From: Pseudomonas phage BRkr
DNA: 64,000 nt
Sequence record: LC765218.1
Strand: one strand, 5' to 3'
The number at the start of each line of letters is the position of its first letter. Within the stretch, counting starts at the first letter, position 1. Below, piece after piece: positions 19,169 through 30,649 of the stretch. The position numbers were made by a program, and so were the translations under genes. A model generated the notes under the pieces. That model was not told where the DNA came from. It saw nothing but the letters and a program-made list of their open reading frames with translations, and made no database searches.

Positions 19169-19337
19169 AGCATCTGAGGATTGGGTTCGTCGGAAACTCA
19201 AACTGTCAATGAAAGGAGATGAAAATCCAATCATTGAACTCGCTGAGAAATATGAATTCCGTAAAGCAGAGTTTAATCCGGACCACCTTAAGAAACATTA
19301 CTTTACCACTAACGGAGATTCCCATGCAACGCAATAA
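19161..19337 (+). CDS. possible small protein (58 aa, GTG start)
   Basis: Protein-like frame (EDWVRRKLKLSMKGDENPIIELAEKYEF...) bridging the two flanking genes; start codon uncertain. Confidence 0.25.
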   Translation, partial: TIKASEDWVRRKLKLSMKGDENPIIELAEKYEFRKAEFNPDHLKKHYFTTNGDSHATQ

Positions 19338-19902
19338 TGATCCGCAACAAATTATCATGTCCATCGAAGCATACAACAATCTTGTTGCTATGGCCGATAC
19401 CTCGCCGCGTTATAGCACCAAACTGATTCGACGACATGTTCGAAAAATGAATCCTTTCCTGCAACCAGCACATCAGAAAGCGGTTAGAGAAGCAGAGATT
19501 ATTCGCACGAAACGTATTAGGGAAGCACGAGCTTTCTTTGAAGCTAATCATGGTAAACTTCTTTACGCTGAAGTGGACTTGGGTAGTCTTAAGCAAGGTG
19601 ATGATCCCGTTTACTTCCCTTGTGTATCGGAACGGATTGACCGTAACCGTCAATGTATCCGAATTCACCATGTGAATGATACAGGTGAAAATATTCGTAC
19701 ACGAATTGTTACTGCTGATATTTTGACCACTGAGCTCCCGGATGGTTATATCCAAGGTATCTGGCATTTCCGTGACTATCTCGTAAAAGAGAATGGACCT
19801 TATGACCTTCGTGAGCAAGAAAAGCAACGGGAGATTTCACTTAAGAAATATGTAGATTCTCTTCCGGCATACAAAGGCGATGAAATTCTGGTAGAGCGTT
19901 GA
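19324..19902 (+). CDS. hypothetical protein (192 aa)
   Basis: ATG with GGAG 8 nt upstream; the ORF-track start at 19219 reads as lower-complexity sequence. Confidence 0.45.
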   Translation: MQRNNDPQQIIMSIEAYNNLVAMADTSPRYSTKLIRRHVRKMNPFLQPAHQKAVREAEIIRTKRIREARAFFEANHGKLLYAEVDLGSLKQGDDPVYFPCVSERIDRNRQCIRIHHVNDTGENIRTRIVTADILTTELPDGYIQGIWHFRDYLVKENGPYDLREQEKQREISLKKYVDSLPAYKGDEILVER

Positions 19903-19950
19903 TTTACTGACCATGTTAATAGTGTACGTCTCCAACAGGTAAATTAAAAA

Positions 19951-20595
19951 ATGACAGTTCTCTCTGATAAAACAATTCGTGAATACTGCGAAGGCACAAT
20001 GGTCGGTGCACATGGTCCAATGATAGAACCATTTCACGGTTCGTCAGTGAAAGAAGATAGTCATGGAAAGCGTATCGCTTCCTATGGTCTGTCCTCTGGG
20101 GGTTATGATCTTCGAGCTGGTACTGAGTTTAAAGTATTCAAGCCTCTACCTAAGTTCACTCTTTGGCAACGTTTCAAAGCCTGGGTAACAGGTAAAGAAC
20201 TTGAACACCCTGTACTGGATTACAAGAACATCAGCGCTGATCTGTTTGATACAGTCTACGGTGATAAAGTTGTAGTTCCCCCAGGTGGTTTCCTTCTGAC
20301 TCATTCGAAAGAGTATGTTCGAATGCCTCGGAATGTAATCGCAATGTGTATTGGTAAATCTACCATCGCGCGAGCTGGTTGGAACTGTCTGTGTACTCCA
20401 ATCGAGCCAGGTTGGGAAGGACATATCACGTTCGAGTTCCAGAACACTACTAATCGCCCTAACGTGTTCTATGCACATGAAGGTGTTTTGCAACTGGTGT
20501 TCCATGATCTCGATCAAGATTGTGAAACTTCCTATGCAGATCGTGGTGGTAAATACATGAAACAGGCAGATAAGGTTATTCTGCCTCGGGTATAA
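19951..20595 (+). CDS. dcd: dCTP deaminase family protein (Dcd/dUTPase-fold)
   Basis: EPGWEGHITFEFQN matches the Dcd DPGWSGCIVLEFYN block; overall length and motif order match Dcd. Confidence 0.65.
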   Translation: MTVLSDKTIREYCEGTMVGAHGPMIEPFHGSSVKEDSHGKRIASYGLSSGGYDLRAGTEFKVFKPLPKFTLWQRFKAWVTGKELEHPVLDYKNISADLFDTVYGDKVVVPPGGFLLTHSKEYVRMPRNVIAMCIGKSTIARAGWNCLCTPIEPGWEGHITFEFQNTTNRPNVFYAHEGVLQLVFHDLDQDCETSYADRGGKYMKQADKVILPRV

Positions 20596-20628
20596 TTTAT
20601 TAAGGTGGTTTGGTTTACATTTAAGCCT

Positions 20629-20650
20629 TTTTAAAGGCTATATTACAAAT
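20629..20650 (+). promoter_or_regulatory. class A promoter-like motif (TTTAAAGGCTATATTACAAATG)
   Basis: Conserved CTATATTAC 38 nt upstream of the ATG at 20685; the TTTAAAGGC part lies in a small palindrome. Confidence 0.5.
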
Positions 20651-20684
20651 GTGAACTACAAACCACCAATAGGAGAATACAAGC

Positions 20685-21152
20685 ATGGCACGCGTTAAAT
20701 TCAACTCGCTTAAAGACCTTATTGCTGCTCAAGGTCCTATTGCAACTGTACCGGCACCCAAGAAAGAAAAGAAGAAGGCAGAGCCTGTAGCTACACCTAA
20801 AACTGCTCTTCCGATGCCTACAGTACCTAAGCGAGTGAAGAACAAGAAGAAAGATCCGGTACATCGTCCTGCACCTGAAAAGGAAATTCGCTACGCCCAA
20901 GTAACGGATTTCCGCGTTAAACCCGAGGGGCAGAAAGAGGTCTCCAAGCCGGACCAATCTGGTTTGTCTGAACTGGGTCACTTTAAAAATAAACTTGATT
21001 GTCTCGGTCTTGAACTGTTTGGTTGTGAAGTTCGCAAGAAGAAAGAATTCGCTGATGAGTTCTTTAATGATGCAACTGAGACACCGACTCAACGGGCAAT
21101 GATCAAAGAGTTCCAAGATCTCTATGATTCTAAGTTCCGTGTAAAGGTTTAA
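20685..21152 (+). CDS. hypothetical Lys/Pro-rich protein (155 aa)
   Basis: ORF downstream of the class A motif; followed by the hairpin at 21161. Confidence 0.5.
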   Translation: MARVKFNSLKDLIAAQGPIATVPAPKKEKKKAEPVATPKTALPMPTVPKRVKNKKKDPVHRPAPEKEIRYAQVTDFRVKPEGQKEVSKPDQSGLSELGHFKNKLDCLGLELFGCEVRKKKEFADEFFNDATETPTQRAMIKEFQDLYDSKFRVKV

Positions 21153-21160
21153 AACATAGT

Positions 21161-21203
21161 GCTCCTACCCAAAGGTAGGAGCATTTGCTTTCTTTTTATT
21201 TTT
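21161..21203 (+). terminator. terminator gctcctaccCAAAggtaggagc + T-rich tail
   Basis: 9-bp stem followed by TTTGCTTTCTTTTTATTTTTT. Confidence 0.6.
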
Positions 21204-21217
21204 TCTCAGATCTACAT
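21204..21217 (+). promoter_or_regulatory. class B motif TCTCAGATCTACAT
   Basis: Identical 14-mer also at 28497 and 47701, each right after a terminator and 27-40 nt upstream of a start codon. Confidence 0.45.
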
Positions 21218-21243
21218 TATCAAAATGTATAACTATCGGAGAT

Positions 21244-23839
<2,596 letters not shown>

Positions 23840-23857
23840 CTATCCTAGGAGATTACA

Positions 23858-24109
23858 ATGTTCGCGTCTATTAAAGAATGGTTCCGTAACCATATCCGTT
23901 CTATCCGGATTGCCAAGCTGGAAGAAAAACACCGTAAAGACGTTAAGGCTTTCCTCGATAAGATCGATAAATGGGGTCTGACTGTCCGTAAAGGTCGTGT
24001 AGTTGGAAATGCAAAAGATATCAGCATTTCCAATGATGCACGCGTCGAGCTTGAAGTTGAATATAAGACCATCGTATGGGAACATCAGCAAGCGTTGAAA
24101 GCGCTGTAG
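23858..24109 (+). CDS. hypothetical protein (83 aa)
   Basis: ORF with GGAG 7 nt upstream. Confidence 0.45.
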   Translation: MFASIKEWFRNHIRSIRIAKLEEKHRKDVKAFLDKIDKWGLTVRKGRVVGNAKDISISNDARVELEVEYKTIVWEHQQALKAL

Positions 24110-24144
24110 GTTCCCTTCCATTAGGATCGGTCGAGGTCTCAATA

Positions 24145-24354
24145 ATGAAAAAGCTGCGATTGGTTAAAGTAATAGCTAAACGGGTTCTCTGGGTATTGAC
24201 TTTTATTGCCCGAGTCCAGATAGTTGATCCCATCGTGAAAGCAAAAGCCCGGCGTGCTGGATTCTATAGTAACCCTGTAGATCGTTCGTTGGAATGGAAA
24301 CTTGCAGATGCGAACTTCCATGCTGACTACAACCTTGCACGTGCAGTTAAATAA
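24145..24354 (+). CDS. hypothetical small protein (69 aa)
   Basis: First ATG after the upstream stop, within the ORF 24076..24354. Confidence 0.35.
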   Translation: MKKLRLVKVIAKRVLWVLTFIARVQIVDPIVKAKARRAGFYSNPVDRSLEWKLADANFHADYNLARAVK

Positions 24355-24358
24355 AAAT

Positions 24359-24380
24359 AGCCTGTCCAGATGGACAGGCT
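24359..24380 (+). terminator. hairpin agcctgtccAGATggacaggct
   Basis: Perfect 9-bp stem followed by ATATTCC rather than a T-tract. Confidence 0.4.
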
Positions 24381-24398
24381 ATATTCCGTGAGGTCCTG

Positions 24399-24887
24399 AT
24401 GATTGGATTATTTAAGATGTGGCGGGGTTTCCGTAAAGTGCATTCACTACATCGTGAAGGTACACAAGCGATGTGGTTTAGACTACAAAGACTTGATCCT
24501 AAGCGGAAGTTGTTCAACCCTAATAAAATGAAAGAGTCTATTGCTCTGATTGACTTCTTGACTAATGTTAGTATTGGACTAGGTGATGAATTCACACGTT
24601 TCCTAATCGAGTCAATTGGAGATAATCGTAACTGCGACATTATTGCAAGAGAGCTCCGCGAATGGCATCGTAATACCGATGTATTGGCGAAGATTTTCTC
24701 GTTAGCATATACACAAGAAAATGCCGCAGCTCAAAGATATGCAATACTATTAGCTAAAGAACTCTCGTCTTTTATGCCGGAAAATGTGTACCTATGGTAT
24801 AGTCGAGTACGTTTTGCTGTTAGGAAACAATTGCATGAACTCGATAAGGGTAGACCAGAACCGTCACCCTGGGAAGCAAATTTGTAA
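24399..24887 (+). CDS. hypothetical protein (162 aa)
   Basis: ORF only. Confidence 0.45.
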   Translation: MIGLFKMWRGFRKVHSLHREGTQAMWFRLQRLDPKRKLFNPNKMKESIALIDFLTNVSIGLGDEFTRFLIESIGDNRNCDIIARELREWHRNTDVLAKIFSLAYTQENAAAQRYAILLAKELSSFMPENVYLWYSRVRFAVRKQLHELDKGRPEPSPWEANL

Positions 24888-24973
24888 GCAACACCCTCAA
24901 ACCGAAATGGCATATTACTCCTTCCGGATAGGATGGGGTAATATGTTGTCTATGCTATTTAAAGGAAATAGGA

Positions 24974-25363
24974 ATGTACGAACATAAAGAAGCCATGAAC
25001 AATATGCACCAGCGTATAGCTCTGCACAATGACTACTATAATGTCGTTATCGGCGGTATAAGGATGACCGATGAAAACGGCAATGTATTCGTAGTGGAAG
25101 GTGGTAGGAAGATGAAAGTTCGTCGCAGTAGTATCTTCCTGAAGAAACGAATTGGGAAGAAACGGCATAAAAAGGAACAGGATCAAAATGACATCCTTAA
25201 ATGGATTTATGATCTCAGGATGTATCTGGTCGAAGCAAATGGCGAAGATGAACGTGTAATTATTGACCAGTTCAAAAACAAAATGAAGAGTGTCAACAAC
25301 ATGTACTTTAAGGCGCCGTTAATGAATCATTACGTCAGTGTAGCGATGGGTGACACATTGTGA
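24974..25363 (+). CDS. hypothetical basic protein (129 aa)
   Basis: Preceded by the variant class A element GGCATATTACTCC at 24909-24921. Confidence 0.45.
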   Translation: MYEHKEAMNNMHQRIALHNDYYNVVIGGIRMTDENGNVFVVEGGRKMKVRRSSIFLKKRIGKKRHKKEQDQNDILKWIYDLRMYLVEANGEDERVIIDQFKNKMKSVNNMYFKAPLMNHYVSVAMGDTL

Positions 25364-25743
25364 GAGACGTTATTATTGTCGGATCAGGTGACCTAGGGCG
25401 CGCCTCAGCACTTGCTCTAATTGGTTCCATGGCGCTTAAAGCAATCGTGGATATTCCAATTAATGAAACTTACCCACAATATCTAACTGCTGCTGATGAG
25501 GATGACCTTGATAACGTTCAAGGTCATCCCACTTGCTATGGTTGGCGACAATGTCGAAAAATGAACCAGCGTGATAAAGCCTGGGATATTTATTGCTTTT
25601 TCTTAACTGCCTATAAAAATGCCACTACAAAGAAAATGAAACAAAAAGCAATAACGGAGTTTAAACGTAATATGCGTCGTAATGGTGGTAGGCATTTCCC
25701 AACCAGTCGTATGCATGAATATATTGTTTCCGCATTAAAATAA
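25360..25743 (+). CDS. hypothetical protein (GTG start, 127 aa)
   Basis: GTGA overlap with the upstream stop; an alternative ATG lies 69 nt downstream. Confidence 0.4.
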   Translation: MRDVIIVGSGDLGRASALALIGSMALKAIVDIPINETYPQYLTAADEDDLDNVQGHPTCYGWRQCRKMNQRDKAWDIYCFFLTAYKNATTKKMKQKAITEFKRNMRRNGGRHFPTSRMHEYIVSALK

Positions 25744-25789
25744 TCCCAGCTCAAGCTGGGTACTATAACGAGCTATCGAGGACTCAGCT

Positions 25790-26140
25790 ATGCAAACACA
25801 CATTGATTTATTCACAGTGTACAGAGGGAAGTTAAATTCTCTCTTTACCGAAGAAGTGGACCTCACTCTACAACAAGCAATTACACGAGTAGAAATCCTT
25901 TCTGATAATAAAACTACAGATGAGTTTAAATGGTCTATTAGTCGGTCAAAAAACATAGATGGTTTGGTTGACACTATTTTTATTGTTCCGCGTGATCAGC
26001 AAGGCATTGTCGTTGCTTATATTGAACTTCAGTATGGTTCTAACCATTTTGAAACCTTTGTAAGTCCAAGCTATCGAACACGGTTCATTTCCGTAACATT
26101 CGATCTGGAGGTTGATAATGGAATTAACTATACCGCTTAG
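25790..26140 (+). CDS. hypothetical protein (116 aa)
   Basis: ORF after the cccagcTCAAgctggg hairpin. Confidence 0.45.
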   Translation: MQTHIDLFTVYRGKLNSLFTEEVDLTLQQAITRVEILSDNKTTDEFKWSISRSKNIDGLVDTIFIVPRDQQGIVVAYIELQYGSNHFETFVSPSYRTRFISVTFDLEVDNGINYTA

Positions 26141-26450
26141 TTTAGACAATAACTTCGAACATGTTATTTTTAAATACGGTGACCTGACAGATTGTATCTC
26201 TATACTTGACCGTAAAGGTAGGATCGACAATACGTATTCTATCACGGTTGAGATGGATGACCTGTTTGACAACGAATGGTTAGTGACGATTCAATCTAAA
26301 CCAAACTGCCGACGCTTCTTAAAATTCAAACGGTATTGGTTTAGATATAATTCAGCAACAGGTCGTTTTGCTGGAGATCCATTCTTCATAGCCGGTTTAA
26401 GAAAACGCTTTATTCATATAAAAACACCATCTGGCATATCGCTTCCCTAA
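26118..26450 (+). CDS. hypothetical protein (110 aa)
   Basis: GGAGG 6 nt upstream of the ATG at 26118. Confidence 0.45.
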   Translation: MELTIPLSLDNNFEHVIFKYGDLTDCISILDRKGRIDNTYSITVEMDDLFDNEWLVTIQSKPNCRRFLKFKRYWFRYNSATGRFAGDPFFIAGLRKRFIHIKTPSGISLP

Positions 26451-26516
26451 GGGGAGGCTTTATGCCTTTTTTTATTTTCCTAACCAATCCTGTAGATTAT
26501 TACAATCTGAGGATAT

Positions 26517-26912
26517 ATGAGTACTCGATTAAACTCTGTTTTTGTTGACCTTGAATACTACTTCCGTGGAACTTACTCTGAACGTTTTAAGTCACTTCGC
26601 AAGAATGGCATTGAAGCGTTAGAATTCACTGATGTAGATATAGAAAGGATTATCAACGGTGATACACAAAAAGATGCCGATACACTAAAGTTCTATAAAG
26701 AGACATGGCTAGAGAAACCAAGACATGTCTGCTTTACCATCTTCGAAAAACAAAGAAACCGTGTCTTAGTCGAACTGCATGTAGAGCTCGATAAGAAACG
26801 TATATATTGGAAGAAACCTATTACACGTTGGAACATGCCTAACTTTAAGCTTCGGCTTAAGATAATACAGGATACATCCAAACGTAACTGGTCCGGATCG
26901 GAGCAACTGTAA
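26517..26912 (+). CDS. hypothetical protein (131 aa)
   Basis: ORF only. Confidence 0.45.
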   Translation: MSTRLNSVFVDLEYYFRGTYSERFKSLRKNGIEALEFTDVDIERIINGDTQKDADTLKFYKETWLEKPRHVCFTIFEKQRNRVLVELHVELDKKRIYWKKPITRWNMPNFKLRLKIIQDTSKRNWSGSEQL

Positions 26913-27337
26913 TGTCAGCGCAACGTGTTATTATCCCAATGTACCATGGTGTAAAAGGGGATTTAAAACAGTTCTTTTATTCACGCGATGGAAACCTGAA
27001 ACTAACTGAGGTGTTTTGGCTAGTACCAGTAGCTGTCTTCACTCCAGATGGATTAAACGTTTTCGAATTCAAGACAATACCTACAACTGCTCGATACGAA
27101 AACAATCTTACGTTCGAGGTTTGGGATAAGCTTCGTAATAGTACGCCTAAACTTGTAGCTACTGTAAAAATCGACACCATTGCAGATACTTATGTTGTTG
27201 AAGTTTCTGAGCGATATATGAAAAACCGTTTCACGATGGAATTCAATTTAATTATCGCAAATCGAGAACCTGATCCAGCTCTGCTGTATCGGAACAATAC
27301 CCATCATGGCGACATTCACTATAAAGGTAAACTTTAA
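26912..27337 (+). CDS. hypothetical protein (141 aa)
   Basis: Overlap coupling with the upstream gene. Confidence 0.45.
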   Translation: MSAQRVIIPMYHGVKGDLKQFFYSRDGNLKLTEVFWLVPVAVFTPDGLNVFEFKTIPTTARYENNLTFEVWDKLRNSTPKLVATVKIDTIADTYVVEVSERYMKNRFTMEFNLIIANREPDPALLYRNNTHHGDIHYKGKL

Positions 27338-27501
27338 TGGGTGATAAGAGTGAACGTATAGCTCTATTAGAGCAGCGTTTAGACGATATGGCGATCCAGT
27401 TTGAATCTATAGTAAAAATGCTAAGTGAATCAAGACGGATCATCGAACGCCAGCAGACAGCATTGGCTAGTTTGCAACGTAAAGTTAATCGCAAGTCCTA
27501 G
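27337..27501 (+). CDS. small coiled-coil protein (54 aa), below the ORF-track cutoff
   Basis: TAATG coupling to the upstream gene; heptad-like MGDKSERIALLEQRLDDMAIQFESIVKMLSESRRIIERQQ. Confidence 0.35.
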   Translation: MGDKSERIALLEQRLDDMAIQFESIVKMLSESRRIIERQQTALASLQRKVNRKS

Positions 27502-27509
27502 GAGAGCAT

Positions 27510-28010
27510 ATGTCCGTAAACATTCATCAATTCTCGCACGGCCTATCGTTCTGCACTGCTGTTATTCAGTATCACAAACTCGTGACATTCATACAACAGC
27601 ATACAGAATCTAATTCACTCTCCATCGAGAAAGGGTCAAGTCTATATACGCAGTTTATTGAATGGTTCAATAATAACTGCGAGTGGATTCCATCAGCTGC
27701 AAAGTCGGATCCAGAACTAATTCGTTTTATGGTATCCGCCGATGTTTCTGGTTATGATGACCCTAGATCCATTGTTTACGAAACAACAAGTCAGCTCTAT
27801 GGAATAAATGGTAGGGGTCTTCTGACTGAACATGCTATAAATTCAATGGTTGAAAACGTTAAAGAATATTTCGAGAGTAACAACTCTAATGTCATATTTG
27901 GAGACGAGAATACATTCATTGAACTTATTACAGATGGGACACCCAATGGAACTAAGATGTATTCCATTGTCTTCATCGACGTTAATGAGGCTACCCCAAA
28001 GAAAGAATAA
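27510..28010 (+). CDS. hypothetical protein (166 aa)
   Basis: ORF only. Confidence 0.45.
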   Translation: MSVNIHQFSHGLSFCTAVIQYHKLVTFIQQHTESNSLSIEKGSSLYTQFIEWFNNNCEWIPSAAKSDPELIRFMVSADVSGYDDPRSIVYETTSQLYGINGRGLLTEHAINSMVENVKEYFESNNSNVIFGDENTFIELITDGTPNGTKMYSIVFIDVNEATPKKE

Positions 28011-28062
28011 GATACGCTGTAGTGTATTATATTCTGACCTAACAACCAAAGGTACCAACGTG

Positions 28063-28428
28063 ATGCAATGTTTTACACACGTAATGCGGCTAATGGTTGT
28101 AGCTGGAATCTTAATGGTTCCACTGCAAGCTGAAGCTACAGAGGTGCGTGTCGATGAGGTTTATTGTGAAGCACTAGCACTAGCTGCTCATGCTACAGCA
28201 GAAGCCCGCGGCCGTTCTGAACCCATTGCAAAATGGAAACAGAACCTCCTTGCCCTAAAGGGATACGGTGTGAAGGACAAAGATAACGTTCTTTACAAAA
28301 TCCTGCCCAAAGCTATTCAAGACGTCCGTGGTATATACGACGCTAAGGATAGTCCGCGAGACGCATACATGGCATCGTTTGATTCATGCATGTCTGAAGA
28401 TTACGGCAAAATGGTCGTGATTAGGTAA
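28063..28428 (+). CDS. secreted protein with a signal peptide (121 aa)
   Basis: N-terminus MQCFTHVMRLMVVAGILMVPLQAEA has a hydrophobic core and an AxA cleavage-like site; start moved from 27850. Confidence 0.45.
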   Translation: MQCFTHVMRLMVVAGILMVPLQAEATEVRVDEVYCEALALAAHATAEARGRSEPIAKWKQNLLALKGYGVKDKDNVLYKILPKAIQDVRGIYDAKDSPRDAYMASFDSCMSEDYGKMVVIR

Positions 28429-28439
28429 TGGTACATTTG

Positions 28440-28480
28440 GCCCTCCCTTCGGGGAGGGCTATATGTCGTTTTTTATTTTA
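28440..28480 (+). terminator. terminator gccctcccTTCGgggagggc + TATATG + T-tract
   Basis: 8-bp GC stem followed by TTTTTTATTTT. Confidence 0.65.
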
Positions 28481-28496
28481 CTTACGCTAAAAAATA

Positions 28497-28510
28497 TCTC
28501 AGATCTACAT
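28497..28510 (+). promoter_or_regulatory. class B motif TCTCAGATCTACAT
   Basis: Second identical copy, 40 nt upstream of the ATG at 28551. Confidence 0.45.
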
Positions 28511-28550
28511 CATGTGTTTGATCCCCCTACACACCCAACGAGGAAAATCA

Positions 28551-29066
28551 ATGTCTTTTATATCTGCGGAATCTTTCACTAATTGGAAGTTCTATAAGGA
28601 ATTGAGAAAACAGCATCGCAAACATTTACAACTGTGTCGCCACCGAGCAATTTTGTTCTTTGGCGATGTAATAGGTAGACCCAGGTTGCATATTGATGGT
28701 ATTTTATTCAAAGATCTATTTGTCATTCCAGATGTCTTCGTTGTCAGTGGTGGTGACGAGGATTCATTCGATCATCGACTGGAAGAACTGGACAAAGAAA
28801 TATGTGTGATCATGAACAATGTCTTCGTACAGCTTGAAGCGGAAGCTATCAACGATTACTACAAAAGTTCTTCACGAGGTGTTACTATTCGTCCTAATGG
28901 AGAAACTCCAGTAAAAGACGATGTTGTTATTGGTGAAGGGAAAATTTATATCTGTGATGGCAATGGCAATCTAAACTTACTTTCGAACGAACCTGGTGTA
29001 GTCTATGCATCGACAACTCCATGGTATCTTAAGCCATGGAATTTCATAAAGAACATGTTCCGTTGA
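28551..29066 (+). CDS. hypothetical protein (171 aa)
   Basis: GAGGA RBS before the ATG at 28551; the ORF-track start at 28512 lies inside the class B motif. Confidence 0.45.
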   Translation: MSFISAESFTNWKFYKELRKQHRKHLQLCRHRAILFFGDVIGRPRLHIDGILFKDLFVIPDVFVVSGGDEDSFDHRLEELDKEICVIMNNVFVQLEAEAINDYYKSSSRGVTIRPNGETPVKDDVVIGEGKIYICDGNGNLNLLSNEPGVVYASTTPWYLKPWNFIKNMFR

Positions 29067-29073
29067 GGTAATC

Positions 29074-29505
29074 ATGTATCCATTCCAGAAACCCAATGAG
29101 CTGCAACCACGTCATGAACTTGATGGTGATGTTATTACCAATCGTTGGGTTCCGGGTGTAGCACCGCGTACTTTAAAAGAACTCAAAGAAGTACATGCTA
29201 ACCTTCCCAAAGGTGATCTTAGTGCTCTCGATGAATTCAGCCGATCGGTTAGTCAATCCATCGATGCTTATCTCATTGAAGATAGCGATGAGTCTAATGC
29301 AGCTGTAAAGAAAATAATCTCGGAATCCAAGACATGGAACATTAGTGTCTATACGGGTACCCAGATCCATCACATACTCACGGCCAATCCCAAAATGGCA
29401 AATGGTCCTGAAGATGTAGGTTACTTCAAGAAATACCGTGATCACATGTCTTCTCTCAATAAAGAAAAGAAACTGATCACTTCTATCACTGAACGATTCC
29501 TTTAA
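29074..29505 (+). CDS. hypothetical protein (143 aa)
   Basis: ORF only. Confidence 0.45.
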   Translation: MYPFQKPNELQPRHELDGDVITNRWVPGVAPRTLKELKEVHANLPKGDLSALDEFSRSVSQSIDAYLIEDSDESNAAVKKIISESKTWNISVYTGTQIHHILTANPKMANGPEDVGYFKKYRDHMSSLNKEKKLITSITERFL

Positions 29506-29519
29506 TCTGGAGACTCAAA

Positions 29520-30317
29520 ATGATCAAACTCACTTCTGCACTGAATCAAAAACTGGTTGAAGCATACTACAACTGGAATGCAGATAACAACATGTACCGC
29601 TTCGACTGTGTTATCGATGTAGGTTATCTGGCAGAACCGCTTCGTAAAATCATGATGCGTTCGAAAGATTTCAATGCCACTAATGGTACCATCGTTCTCA
29701 ATCTGTCGGTAAATGCGTGCCGCCACATTGATTATTCGGGTGATTGCTTCTATGGTGAAATTGCTTTCTCGGGTATGCCTACTCGTTTGCATCTGCCATG
29801 GCATTCTTTCATTGGTGTGAATGTGCAGATCTCTGAGAATGCAAGTGTGTTCTCTTCGTTCCCTAATGTCGATCGGATTTTGTTTGATGCCGAGAATCCG
29901 ACGTATGTTCATCCCTTCCGCGATATTGCTAATGGTGCGCCTGGTACCGTCAGCATTGATATCGTAGATGTAATGGCATGGCTGGCAGAGAAGGGAATCA
30001 CCGATGTTCCCGTAGAGAAAGCGCTTGAACATGTACAGCACATGGTTAGCAACGATGACGATTTGTTCTCTCAGTTCTTGTCCTATGTTTCCGAACGTGC
30101 AAATACTCGGAAACTAAAAGAACTGGAAGAAACTGAAGATTTCATTGCTAATCAACCTGGTGTGGAGGTTAGTCCGATCAAGAAATACCCCGAACTGAAG
30201 GTTGTTGATAAACCTCTTCTCGACTTTGGCGATCTTCCCGGTGCACCAGTTAATGTTGCTCCATCCCGTTATAAAGGCAAGCCGAAGCTTACCGTAATTA
30301 AAGGAGGTAAAAAGTAA
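29520..30317 (+). CDS. SspB-like ClpXP adaptor homolog
   Basis: The N-domain aligns block-by-block with E. coli SspB: AYYNWNADNNMYRFDCVIDV vs AFYEWLLDNQLTPHLVVDV, NGTIVLNLSVNAC vs DGQIVLNIAPRAV, GEIAFSGMPTRLHLPWHSFIGV vs FNARFGGIPRQVSVPLAAVLAI. Acidic linker, then KPKLTVIKGGKK resembling the ClpX-binding tail RPALRVVK. Confidence 0.65.
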   Translation: MIKLTSALNQKLVEAYYNWNADNNMYRFDCVIDVGYLAEPLRKIMMRSKDFNATNGTIVLNLSVNACRHIDYSGDCFYGEIAFSGMPTRLHLPWHSFIGVNVQISENASVFSSFPNVDRILFDAENPTYVHPFRDIANGAPGTVSIDIVDVMAWLAEKGITDVPVEKALEHVQHMVSNDDDLFSQFLSYVSERANTRKLKELEETEDFIANQPGVEVSPIKKYPELKVVDKPLLDFGDLPGAPVNVAPSRYKGKPKLTVIKGGKK

Positions 30318-30565
30318 TGTCTCTTGCAGGAGCTATTCTCATTAGCACTACTATTGTCTCTGGTATTTATGCTGGTGGTTCTTCTGAAACCACCACTAAG
30401 ATGGAAAGCATTGACTCCTGTTGGAAAGCTGTAGGTGCTATTCAAGATACAACAGCAGCGAATGGAACTAAAGTTAAAGTAGTTCGTACTCAGGCCGGTG
30501 TGGTTCTGGAATACGAATTCGATAATAAAAACATTCGTCGCGAAATGTCATGCGTTTCAATGTAA
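30317..30565 (+). CDS. small secreted or membrane protein (82 aa)
   Basis: N-terminal hydrophobic segment LAGAILISTTIVSGIYAGG. Confidence 0.4.
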   Translation: MSLAGAILISTTIVSGIYAGGSSETTTKMESIDSCWKAVGAIQDTTAANGTKVKVVRTQAGVVLEYEFDNKNIRREMSCVSM

Positions 30566-30598
30566 TATTATGTAGTTGATCGTAAAGGTCAGCGCACC

Positions 30599-30635
30599 GG
30601 GGCTCCTTCGGGAGCCCCATCTATTTTCTTTTTGT
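30599..30635 (+). terminator. terminator ggggctccTTCGggagcccc + T-rich tail
   Basis: 8-bp stem followed by TCTATTTTCTTTTTG. Confidence 0.65.
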
Positions 30636-30649
30636 CGTGAGGTATAGAA

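Noticed and set aside
24374-24384. CTATATTCC after the 24359 hairpin, as another class A promoter
   Set aside because: It lies only ~10 nt from the next start codon, whereas the other copies are 26-80 nt upstream. It more likely belongs to the post-hairpin T(A/T)TATG box family.
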